A stretch of 63,432 nt of DNA, filler included, from Hausera hauseri (taxonomy: Eukaryota), in NCBI GenBank assembly GCA_046269625.1. It is 11 parts of 11 records of this genome, joined end to end, with 100 filler letters (N's around TTAATTAATTAA, not from the genome) between each part and the next. Parts side by side here need not be neighbours in the genome. Positions count along the whole stretch, not along the records: positions 51,226 to 59,326 come from JBJURY010773204.1; positions 59,427 to 63,432 come from JBJURY010825417.1; 9 more parts are not named here. One strand, written 5' to 3'. Both the position numbers and the translations under genes were made by a program. The notes under the pieces were generated by a model, which did no database searches, had not been told where the DNA came from, and saw only the letters and a list, made by a program, of their open reading frames with translations. Of this stretch, positions 53,216 to 63,432 are shown one piece after another; the first letter of the stretch is position 1; each line of letters opens with the position of its first letter.

Positions 53216-56200
53216 ATGTCGTTTAAAGAAATTAGGCAACAATTTATAGAGTTTTTTCAAAGTAAAGAGCACATTTATGTGCCATCATCGTCTACGATAC
53301 CTGTCGGTGATCCGACATTACTTTTTGCCAATGCTGGCATGAATCAGGTACAGTTTTTGTTCTTTTACTCACTTTTATCACACTTTCCTTTTAGTTTAAG
53401 AAAATATTTCAAGGTACTGTGAATCCAAGTAGCGAAATGGCTAAATGGAAACGTGTGGCAAATTCTCAAAAATGCATCAGAGCAGGCGGAAAACACAATG
53501 ATCTTGATGATGTCGGAAAGGATGTTTATCATCATACTTTTTTTGAAATGCTTGGTAACTGGTCATTTGGCGACTATTTCAAAAAGGAGGCCATTGAATG
53601 GGCATGGGAATTACTTACAGATGTGTGGAAATTGCCAAAGGATCGTATTTATGTTACATATTTTGGAGGAAATTCAGATTTGGGACTGGAATCTGATGAC
53701 GAAGCACGACAGTTGTGGTTAGATGTTGGAATTCCAGCAAATCGGGTATTGCCATTCGGCATGAAGGAAAATTTTTGGGAAATGGGTGAAGTTGGTCCAT
53801 GTGGACCATGTTCCGAAATTCATTTTGACAGAATTGGGAATCGAGAAGTTTCACATTTGGTGAATCAAGATGATCCAGATGTTTTGGAAATTTGGAATCT
53901 TGTTTTTATGCAGTTTAACAGGTGGGTGATTCTTTGTGAATTTGTTGAAATTCATTTAAGGGGTTCATTTTACTATCCCATCATGTATAATTTATGGTGT
54001 ATTTAACATTACATTGCGTTATAATAATATGAATTATTGAATAACAATAAAATGTTTTTTAAAGTAGAACATCGAAGAATTATTGAAATATCATATCTGA
54101 TATTCAAAAAATTTTAGGGAGCAATTTTTTGAAATGCCAATGAACGAACTTTTTGATAAACGTCGATATTTTAAAATGGAAATTTAGTAGTGCTACCCGG
54201 TTATGTCGATATTAGGCGAACTGTAAAATTTCTGTTGAGATAAATGGTTGACGACATAGACGAATGATGTAATTACGTAATATCCCATTCCTAATAAAAA
54301 GGCCCATTTGAAAAAGTATAAGTTGAAGTTTACGGTTTAAATTTGCACTAGATTTAGATGTTATTCAAAAAGTGTTAAAAGGGGTATTGTTTAAACAATC
54401 TGCAAATTGAATTCGATATTTGTATTACGCATTAGTTTTTTAGATGTCGACGTAAATTGTATTTGAACACAGGAATTGTGCCATACTGGATTGTACATTT
54501 ATGCCATAAATGTCGACATCGATGTAATTGTTATAAAATGCACTAAATTGAGAGTATCTGACTGGGTGAGAGAATTTTTGTCGAGATAAATGAGATGTCG
54601 ACAGTATTGATGTCAGTAGGGCAGTATTGATAATTTATGAACTTTATCCATAATAATTTAATGATGAAATTTGTTTTAGAGATTCTGATGGATCATTAAA
54701 GCCACTTCCAAACAAACATGTTGATACTGGCATGGGATTCGAGCGAGTCGTATCAGTTCTACAGGGAAAAATGTCGAATTACGATACCGACGTGTTTACT
54801 GCGTTATTCAAGAAAATTGAAGAAGTAACAGGATGTCGACCATACACAGGTAAAGTTGGTGCCGATGATATCGATGGCATTGATATGGCATATCGTGTGT
54901 TGGCTGACCATGCCCGTACTCTGACAGTTGCGTTGAGTGATAAAGGACTTCCCAGCAATACTGGTCGAGGATATGTTCTTCGACGAATACTACGACGTGG
55001 TGTGCGATACGCTTGGGACAAATTGAATGCTAAACCCGGTTTGATTTCTACTTTAGTCGATACAGTCGTTGAGTTATTGGGTGATACTTTTCCGGAAGTT
55101 ACGAAAGATCCAAGTGGAGTGAAGAAGATTATTGACGACGAAGAATTATTATTTTCCAAAACGTTGGTTCGTGGCAAACGGGCATTCAATGCAGCAGTGG
55201 CCAATATTCCAACAGGCGGAGATTTCCCCGGTGATGTTGCATGGCATTTATATGAAACATTCGGTTATCCGAAAGATCTTACGCTGTTGATGTGCCAAGA
55301 AAAGGGTCTGAATATGGATGGGGATGCATTTGATGAATGTCATAAACGAGCACAGGAAATATCCCAACGGCAGAATGTAGTTGGGGATAGATTGGAGTTG
55401 GACGTCCACGATACAAATTTGCTTCTGACTCAAGGAGTGAGATCGACAGACGACAGTAGAAAATACGATTATTCATTTGACAATAAAGGACAATATGAAA
55501 TTAATCCGTGTCAAGCAAAAGTTATTGCCATTAAAATAAAGAGTGGATTCGTTGAGCAAGTGACCAACGTTGACAAGTTAGTCGGTGTCGTTCTTGATTC
55601 GACAAATTTCTACGCGGAACAAGGTGGACAAGTGGCGGATTTTGGCAATTTGATTGCTGCTGATGGTGACTTTGAGGTGACCGATGTGCAACTGTTTAGT
55701 GGATACGTGTTACACATTGGTCATGTGCAGCAGGGCATAATTCGAATTGGAGATTTGGTGAATTTGGATGTTCATGGGACTCGACGTAGTGCTATAATGC
55801 AAAATCACACCGGTACACACGTTCTCAATTACGCTTTGAGGGAAGTATTGAATGACACTGACCAAGAGGGATCTCTCGTTGCACCAGAAAAATTGCGATT
55901 CGATTTCAAATCAGACGGAGCATTAACCATAGAAGAATTGCGAAGGGTAGAGAAGATCTGTCAAGACGTCATCGACAGTCATTTGGAGGTATTTGTAGGA
56001 GAAGTGCCGTTAGCTACAGCGAAAGCCATCCAGGGTATTCGGGCAGTATTCGGTGAAACGTATCCAGATCCTGTTCGTGTTGTGTCTGTTGGAGTGCCTA
56101 TCGAAGTTCTGTTAGCCGGTATTAACGATGCCCAACGTAACAACGCGTCAATCGAATTCTGTGGCGGTACTCATTTGAAGAACAGCGGTCATATCGGCAA

Positions 56201-56891
56201 TCTCGTTATAATTTCTGAAACAGCAATATCTGCTAAGAAACGGCGAATATTGGCTTTGACGGGATTTGATGCAGTCGGTGCGATTCGATTGGCGAATTTA
56301 TTGGAGAAACGAGTTGGCGAATTGGAGAATTGTTGGGTGGAAAATTTGACAAGTGCTGAAACGAAAGAGAAAGTTCAAGAATTGCGCACAGAATTGAATG
56401 AGGCTGTCATATCTCAATGGGTAAAGAACGAACTGCGACTCAAACTGGATAAGATCTGGCGGGATGCTGATAATAAGGCAAAATCACAGAAAGTTACTCG
56501 TCTAGCAGAAATAATGGAAATTGCCAAACAAGTGAGCGATGATCTGCATAATGCAGAGGAAAAGTTCAAAATCATTGTTTTCCACAATGGGGCACAGCAG
56601 GATGATTTAAACCAGGCTATTCGTGAGATCCAGAAGAAACACAAGAATTTGCCAGTTGCTGGATTGTCCGTCGACAAGGAATCCGATACTGTCGAGTGCA
56701 AAGCTTCCATTCCTAAACAATGTGTTACTGAGGATTTCACAGCGGCTGCTTGGATTTCACAAATTGGTCCAATTACAGAAGGGAGATGCGGCGGTAAAGA
56801 TGAAAAAGCCCAGTTATCTGGTATTCATTCAAACAAAATTGATGAGTGTGTCAGTTTGTTAAATAGCTTTGCTCGAACTCACATTTGCTGA
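53216..56891 (+). CDS. AARS1: Cytosolic alanyl-tRNA synthetase, 3 exons (53216-53347, 53395-53921, 54680-56891), 956 aa
   Basis: [13 protein letters not shown]|[41 protein letters not shown], editing motifs HTGTH and EFCGGTH; GT-AG introns of 47 and 758 nt keep the frame. Confidence 0.98.
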
Positions 56892-57021
56892 TGTTACGTG
56901 GAAATAAATATTTCGGCTTTTTGATCTCCAATTGTACATTAATTAATCAATGTTTGCGGATAGTAAATGGGTATTCGTTATGTTGGTTTGTTGATTTGTG
57001 CCTCATTGGGGAATGAATGAT

Positions 57022-57424
57022 AAATAAACATACATACTAATTTTCTTGAGTAACGATGCTGTTTACTTGTTGTACAATAATGCATATGTAAATTAAAATA
57101 TGTAATTTTTGGTTCCATGACGCGGGTTATTGTATAAGTGCGGTAATCTTTTAATTGTTACTAACATGACATACTGGGCTTTACTTTACGAAATCAAAAC
57201 AAAATAAATTAAAATCTAATACTTGAAATAACAAAATTATTAAGCAAAATTTAATTTAAATCAAAATTTCGGATTCACCCAACAGACATCAAAATCAACA
57301 AAATTACTACATGTGCCGAAAAACGAATCACTGCTGAATCGATAAAATAAACATACACACTAATTTTCTTGAGTAACGATGCTGTTTACTTGTCGTACAA
57401 TAATGCATATGTAAATTAAAATAT
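57022..57424. repeat. Two 80-bp direct repeats (57022-57101, 57345-57424)
   Basis: AAATAAACATACA..TTCTTGAGTAACGATGCTGTTTACTTG..GTAAATTAAAATAT; two mismatches. Confidence 0.92.
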
Positions 57425-57439
57425 TTCAATAAATTACTA

Positions 57440-58240
57440 TTGGTTCCGAACATTTTTGCATATTCCATAAACATTAAATAATTCTACTTTGGAAAATCAA
57501 CTCGTAAGCGCTTCTTTTCATTGCAATACAGTTTATGTTCTTGTATTTTCATTTGATCTGCATCATCATTGAAATGTGTTAAACATCTTTTACACACTTC
57601 AATGTTTCCATGGTGATTGAAGATTTCGAAGACCAGTTGCGAAAGGTTTATTATCCTTATATAATGATTATTGTTTAGTAAGGGCGAGTCCCTCTAATCT
57701 GTTTTTTAACATTCACATACTTTGAGGGGATAAATTTTCTGTGAATCATCAATCGCAAATGTATTGATTAAAATTGAAGTGATTTTCAATATCATGAAAT
57801 GATGGTGGAAAGCTGATACATGAGAAATCATAGTCATGCTGAGGGTCTATGTATAATTCCTTCCTTTGAACATTCCTCCTCATGAATTGTGATAAAATTG
57901 CATATTTGAAACAAAATTTATCATTGTTCTTAATATTAAAACGGCTTTATTTTCAACCCAGTTAGGCAGCTTAATGTAAGAACTTTTTCTCCGTGGACAA
58001 TGCTTGTGTACTCGAATGATTAAATTTTTCGTATTCTTCTGCGTCATGTATAATGTGCTTTTTTCATAATTACGTGAAAGAATGCAGTAGTATTTCTAGA
58101 AACATGTACTTTTCTAAGTTATTTGATTTGTCTCTAAGATTTTCCAAAATAAGTTTTTCTTGCTGTTTAATATCCTAAATTGATTCTGTAGTATTCCGTG
58201 AAGACTAAGTTTTTTCTTTCAGCATTTGAATGGACAAAGT
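57440..58240 (-). mobile_element. Polinton/Maverick-type protein-primed DNA polymerase B, N-terminal remnant
   Basis: SSYIKLPNWVENK..NIKNNDKFCFKYAIL..YDFSCISFP..IYPLKV..HYIRIINLSQL..CKRCLTHF..EHKLYC in the expected order; frameshifted. Confidence 0.8.
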
Positions 58241-58449
58241 CGTTATTAAAAAATCTGTTCATAATCTGATATGGAAAACAAAAGAGATGGAAAATAATAA
58301 GTTTATTTATCAATCAATATAATTAATAAATTTACCATATTATAAATAAACAGTGCATGGTCCATATTACGGCAGTTGGCCAGAATCACCCAAACGCATT
58401 TCATCGCCTTCAAACCAAAAAAAATTCATGAAACATTAGTTAGTAATTA

Positions 58450-58745
58450 GACCGTCGAAAACGTCGCCGATTGATGAAGATTAAATTAAAATAACAATAA
58501 TTTCTGATAATTACACAGGTGAGATCACCGATCGAAAGAAATTAATTACAATGTTAAATCTTGACATTTACACAATGGAACCCCGATTAATGGAGATATA
58601 ATTGAAATGACAAATCTGATTGAACAATAACATAGTTGAACCACCAGTTAATATGAATGAAATTTAAAAAATGTCAAAGGGTCACCGATTGATGGAAATG
58701 ACATTAAAATATTTGAAAAGCACAGATGTATAATTCACCGATCAG
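58450..58745. repeat. Highly degenerate tandem repeat of about 55-60 bp
   Basis: Recurring CACCGAT..ATTAAAAT/ATTGAAAT cores. Confidence 0.5.
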
Positions 58746-59326
58746 TTTAGGTGTCAAATGTGAGTGGGAGGAAGTGCACTGAAAATTTCGGGACCAAATA
58801 GTGTGAATGAAATTAACTACAGCAGGAAAGTGCAAGAATTTTCTAAAAATATCTGAAACCCATATCGGATATGCTCGTTAAAACACACTGGTCTGGAAGT
58901 TTGTTGTTTTTTGTGACCTTGAGGAATTTTTGGAAAATTTCGGTAATTTCAGTCAAATCGATGATACAGGACAGCCAATCAAATCAAAATAATTCCATTT
59001 CACCTTTAGCTCATAAAATTCTAATTTTCCTCTCTAATTGAACTTGAATTCAAGATCAAGAAGTGCAACAGAACGTTAGAGACCTTTCCCAATCAGTCAT
59101 TGCCAATAATCGAGACTCCACTGAACTTTAAACATTCCGGAATTGTGATTTTTGCATTAACTCTGTTATTCGACAATATTTATTCTTGGTGTTGTCGGCA
59201 ATATCGCTGTATTACTCACCGTAATTCGACATGTTGGCATACGAACTGTGATAGTAATGGAGCAGCAAAAATAAATAATAAGCAAATTATTATTTATTTT
59301 AATTTGTTTAAATAATGGATAAATAA

Positions 59327-59426
59327 NNNNNNNNNNNNNNNNNNNNNNNNNNNNNNNNNNNNNNNNNNNNTTAATTAATTAANNNNNNNNNNNNNNNNNN
59401 NNNNNNNNNNNNNNNNNNNNNNNNNN
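59327..59426. other. Artificial contig spacer
   Basis: Same 100-nt linker. Confidence 0.98.
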
Positions 59427-60327
59427 AAACAAAACATTTATTTTGAATACAGACGCTAGTGGCTACGCCCTAGGCGCGGTACTCTCACAGACTGGAGATG
59501 ATGGGATGTTACACCCTGTAGCCTATGCTAGTCGTAGACTCAGTGATGTAGAAACTCGCTATAGTGTTTTTGAACGGGAACTTTTGGCTGTAGTTTGGGG
59601 CACAAATAATTTCCGACAATATTTGTTAGGAAAAAAATTCAAGGTGTTTGCAGACCAGAAGGCCCTCTCTTACACACTTAGAATTAAAGACAACCAAAGA
59701 ATCACCAGATGGATTTTAGCATTACAAAACTACGATTATGACATACAACACACACCAGGAAAACAAAATATACCAGCAGATGTTTTATCACGTAATGTCA
59801 ATGCAGGACAAGTGATAGTGCAAGATACAAGTATCCATAACTTTCCAGAAAATAAAATTATAAACTTACAGGCTAATGATCTAAAATGCCAAAACATTAT
59901 AGATCAACTCCAGAATAACTCCTCAGTTTGTGTAAATCATAATACCTTTTTTTTAAAAGACAAAATCTTATATTGCTCTAACCCAAAATATAATAACGAC
60001 AGATTAGTAGTACCAAATACTTTAATTGCTGAAATTTTAAAACTTGCACATGACTCCATCACCACCACACATCCCGGGTTTAGTAGAACTTTATCCAGAA
60101 TTAAAAAAGATTATTATTGGCCAAATATGTATCAACACATTTTAAATTATGTGAAATCTTGTATTTCCTGTACTGAGAGAAGGGGATATAAAGCAAATCA
60201 GAAGGCTCCTTTACAGCGTATTCCAATTACTTCTAGACCGTTAGAAAGAGTAGGAATGGATGCAATAGGACCTTTACCCTTAACTGAATCGGGTAATAGA
60301 CATATTATTGTTATGGTAGATTATTTC
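59427..60327 (+). mobile_element. Ty3/gypsy pol fragment (RNase H to integrase start), intact frame
   Basis: TDASGYALGAVLSQ, YSVFERELLAVVWG, AHD..THPG..CISC, VGMDAIGPLP, VMVDYF, then an abrupt break. Confidence 0.93.
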
Positions 60328-61179
60328 GTGTTTGGGTTTCCAGACTTATCCAAATTTTGATATCAAAATTATCTGACTTCTATGTACACGTGTATGCAAA
60401 CGCTCATAATATACACTTCAGATTTATAGGAAATCCTGATACATTACTCACATTGTAATAAATTCACATAGCAAACTGTTCCTGCCTTAAAAACTCAAAA
60501 CTCGTATGTCGTCATGTGATTCTTGCAAGCAACATAATAATGTGCAATGAAAACCCATTGTCAGTACGTCACGTCAATATAGAAATAAACTGGTAACTTA
60601 TGTACCTATTTTGAAGCCAGATTTTTGCATAAACTCACGAATTATCTTCCTTGCGTAATGTAGGAGATTAAAACAATGGAAAGAAGTGGCCATATAATGT
60701 TACTTTCACACAGTACAGACCTTGATGGTGAATTGAAACTGACTTGTTGGAGGAATGTGACCCTCCTGGGCTTCAGAACAAAGTACTGGTGTTAGTAAAT
60801 AGATGCATAAACTGCTTTTGTTTTAGCTGTGAGTCACAGTTTACACACACAGTAAGTGAAGGGGTGCATCATTTCAGCATCGCTCAAACTTTTTAAAGCT
60901 TTGGGTAAACATTCCAGAAATACCATCTACTTCAATCTATCCTTGACCACCAAGACACCTTCCCGCTCCGTATTTTGTTCCTTGTAGTGCTTCGGATTTT
61001 CTGGAACTTTATACTCCATCCATCCGCACATACTTTATTACAGGTTTCAAACTTATGTGTGCATGAAACAGTACAATGTCTCCTTGCTGCACTGATAACT
61101 TTTTAAATAAACAAAATTATTAAATATATGACACTTTCTGTAAAATTAAAACCAACATTGTTTGTTTCCGCAGCCTTAC

Positions 61180-61318
61180 CTGTCATTATACCAACATAAC
61201 AGTAACTATAGGACAGAATGTCATAGAGGGAGGGCTCTCGGGTCAGAGCACCAAAGGGGGGATTCTTTGACACGTCGTTCACATGGAAGCTGTGCACCTC
61301 GTTGGCAAGACTGACCAT
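61180..61318 (-). CDS. MBOAT7: Lysophospholipid acyltransferase 7, internal exon
   Basis: CTCAG|MVSLANEV..PSLYDILSYSYCYVGIMTG|GTAAG matches the MBOAT7 LSYSYCYVGIMTG block. Confidence 0.85.
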
Positions 61319-61641
61319 CTGAGAGAAAGTAAAACACAAGCACATGAAATGTCAAGAAACAGGCGCTTTTTTGGTATATAAACAGATGATGTTACTGTTG
61401 TTGAATGCCTCTTTAAATGGCTTAGACTCTAATATTGCTAATCTAGAATTTTGTATAAATATGTGAACCGTGGTCCATCACAATCACCTTGTTCTGTTGT
61501 CAGCATTCTAATGATGGTTTCCTTATAGCTGAATGTGACAGGTATTTCAGGCTGCCCATGTCATGCTGTTTTTTTTTGTCCTGTTAGCTTCATTCTTGTT
61601 ATCAAGTATTCCACAAAGTGATGTACAATCAGGACAGTACA

Positions 61642-61803
61642 GTATATAGTTTTCTGGGCTGGAGCAGAGTATATAGTTTTCTGGACTGGAGTAGAGTATA
61701 TAGTTTCCTGGACTAGAGTAGAGTATATAGTTTCCTGGACTGGAGTAGAGTATATAGTTTTCTGGACTGGAGTAGAATACAGAGTTTTCTGGATTGGAGT
61801 ATA
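61642..61803. repeat. 27-bp minisatellite, 6 copies
   Basis: GTATATAGTTTTCTGGACTGGAGTAGA, head to tail with no spacers. Confidence 0.95.
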
Positions 61804-61845
61804 TTGTAAGAATGAAATCTTTATTTAACCAGGGTTAAGAAATAG

Positions 61846-62442
61846 ACTTGTTGACAAATTTCAATTACCTGGGATCAATTATCACAAATGAAGGAATAAA
61901 AACAGAGATGTCTAGAATCATGCAGTCTAAAGCAGCAAATGCAAGACAGAAAATCATCTGGAAGGATACAAAAATTTCACTCAGATCAAAAATCAGATTG
62001 ATGCGCTCACTAGCAATCTCCATGCTACTGTATGCATATGAAACGTGGACACTAACAGCAGAGATACAACATAAAATCCAGGCTGTAGAGATGAGATTCT
62101 ATCGACTAATTCTACAGATATCATACAAAGACCACATCACAAATAACGAAATACGCAAAAAGATATCCTTGCAATGGTGAAACAACGGAAAATGAAATGA
62201 TATGGCCACGTCACAAGATCAAACTGTCTTGTAAAAACGATCCTGCAAGGCACTGTAACAGGTTAGAGAAAACAGGGTGGTCGACAAAAGAAACGATGGG
62301 AGGATAATATCAAAGAATGGACATGCCTGGCGTTCAGCGCATCACAGAGCACAGCCAAGAACCGAGACGAATGGAGAAGGGTCGTTCGATGGTCATTGAA
62401 TGTGCCCCAACGACCACCATAGGTTATGGGACTGATGATGAT
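61846..62442 (+). mobile_element. 5'-truncated RTE LINE 3' end
   Basis: FNYLGSII, LLYAYETWTL, YGHVTR, ILQGTV, KRWEDNIKEW; (TGA)n tail. Confidence 0.9.
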
Positions 62443-62486
62443 CTATGAGACCATACTCACCTTTGACAATTGCGATAATTCACCAG

Positions 62487-62696
62487 GTCTTGATGACAGC
62501 CTACCTGTTCAAGTAGACAGTTTGAATCCGCAGCTGAATGTTCCAGTTTACACCTACGACCTAGAGAGCCGTGTCAATCTGCCCTGCTTCAGCGACCATA
62601 TGTCACAGGTCAGTGATTGCCAGTTTCCGCCATCAATCAGAAGCGGTATCAGGCTATCGGATCCATGTGCTTTCATTTTCACATCAGGGACAACAG
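62487..62696 (+). CDS. Very-long-chain acyl-CoA synthetase / FATP (SLC27A-type), internal exon
   Basis: CCAG acceptor; ends DPCAFIFTSGTTG|GTAATT, the AMP-binding motif. Confidence 0.75.
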
Positions 62697-63269
62697 GTAA
62701 TTTTAGAAAACAGCATGTCTATCCTATCTTCCTTATATCTTCAGTTTGACTTTACCTTTCTATTTCCTGCATATTTTGCGTGTGCCTGAGGGTAGTAACG
62801 TAACGATTTATTTGTCACATTATGAAAGGTGTTCAGTGGTCTCGAGGTAAAACGTTCGCCTCGAGTGCTAGAGGGATCAAATATCAATGGAAGTACTGGA
62901 GATTTTTTTCTACCGGATCATCAAATCAAAAACTCCTCTGCTTTCTAATGAGATCAGACGCCCGTGTACATTCGTATGCACGTTAAGAATCCCTTGGCAG
63001 TTGAAAACTGACCAAAGAGTGTCTAATGACCGTGCCAGGAAAAAACAGAAAACTAAACCCATCCTATATTGGGGAGGTGGTTCCTCACGAGTGCAACGGA
63101 GTTCATGCACTCACCTGAGATCGCTCATGATGGAGGAGAACGGAGAACATATGGATATATGTCCGCGTGCGAAGATGTTGACCCTTCATCTAAAGCAACC
63201 AACTACGATAACTATTGAGAATGTCGCATACAAACTCAGCAGTCTTTCGGAATTCCTAACAGAAACATT

Positions 63270-63432
63270 AAAAGTAAAGTAAAGTCCATTGTACACGCCT
63301 AAGAGGGCGTATAGGCAAAAGTGGAGTTAGTGTCCACATATTTTCCTAGACACATAATTGGGTTATGTTGTCAGCATAACGCCAGGCCGCCTTTACTTTA
63401 CCAGAGAATTTCTCCGGTACCCATTTTGAGGC
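63270..63432 (-). mobile_element. Probable SINE 3' part in reverse orientation
   Basis: (AAAGT)n tail and CCGGTACCCATTTT block resembling invertebrate SINE bodies; cut by the window end. Confidence 0.45.

Noticed and set aside
54779-56862. Antisense and alternate-frame ORFs over AlaRS (and similarly over actin)
   Set aside because: Shadows of real coding sequence.
58337-59260. Exon-like blocks on the minus strand (AMKCVWVILANCRNMDHALFIYNM and others)
   Set aside because: Splice-like signals are present, but no consistent frame or recognisable protein.
61642-61803. 27-bp repeats (and 36-bp repeats at 45910-46331) as CRISPR arrays
   Set aside because: Head-to-tail with no unique spacers, no cas genes, eukaryotic context.

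Overview
Eukaryotic (metazoan) DNA, not a prokaryotic locus. The window is an artificial concatenation of 11 pieces (1-5750, 5851-11211, 11312-16588, 16689-21625, 21726-28602, 28703-34391, 34492-39653, 39754-46331, 46432-51125, 51226-59326, 59427-63432) joined by identical 100-nt spacers (44 N + TTAATTAATTAA + 44 N), so adjacency across spacers has no biological meaning. Complete host genes: an intronless actin and a 3-exon cytosolic alanyl-tRNA synthetase. Partial genes or single exons: PDE4, PP2A-A, a LIM protein, PKD2, MBOAT7, an FATP-type acyl-CoA synthetase and a gastropod-type chemosensory GPCR. The rest is mostly decayed mobile DNA (Ty3/gypsy including a CsRn1-type family, RTE and other LINEs, SINEs, Tc1-like transposases, Polinton/Maverick pieces) and a 4.9-kb (TTCG)n satellite. 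The pieces look like at least two genomes: a very AT-rich, short-intron animal and a gastropod-like one (inference). Best candidate for something new: a CsRn1-type gypsy element whose Gag is preceded in frame by a ubiquitin-like domain ending LRIRGG|M, behind a structured GC-rich leader. A second copy of that leader abuts a train of intronless host-gene fragments (S6K, KDM1B-like, NAA15). All family assignments come from motif recognition by eye; no searches were run, and boundaries of degraded elements are approximate.
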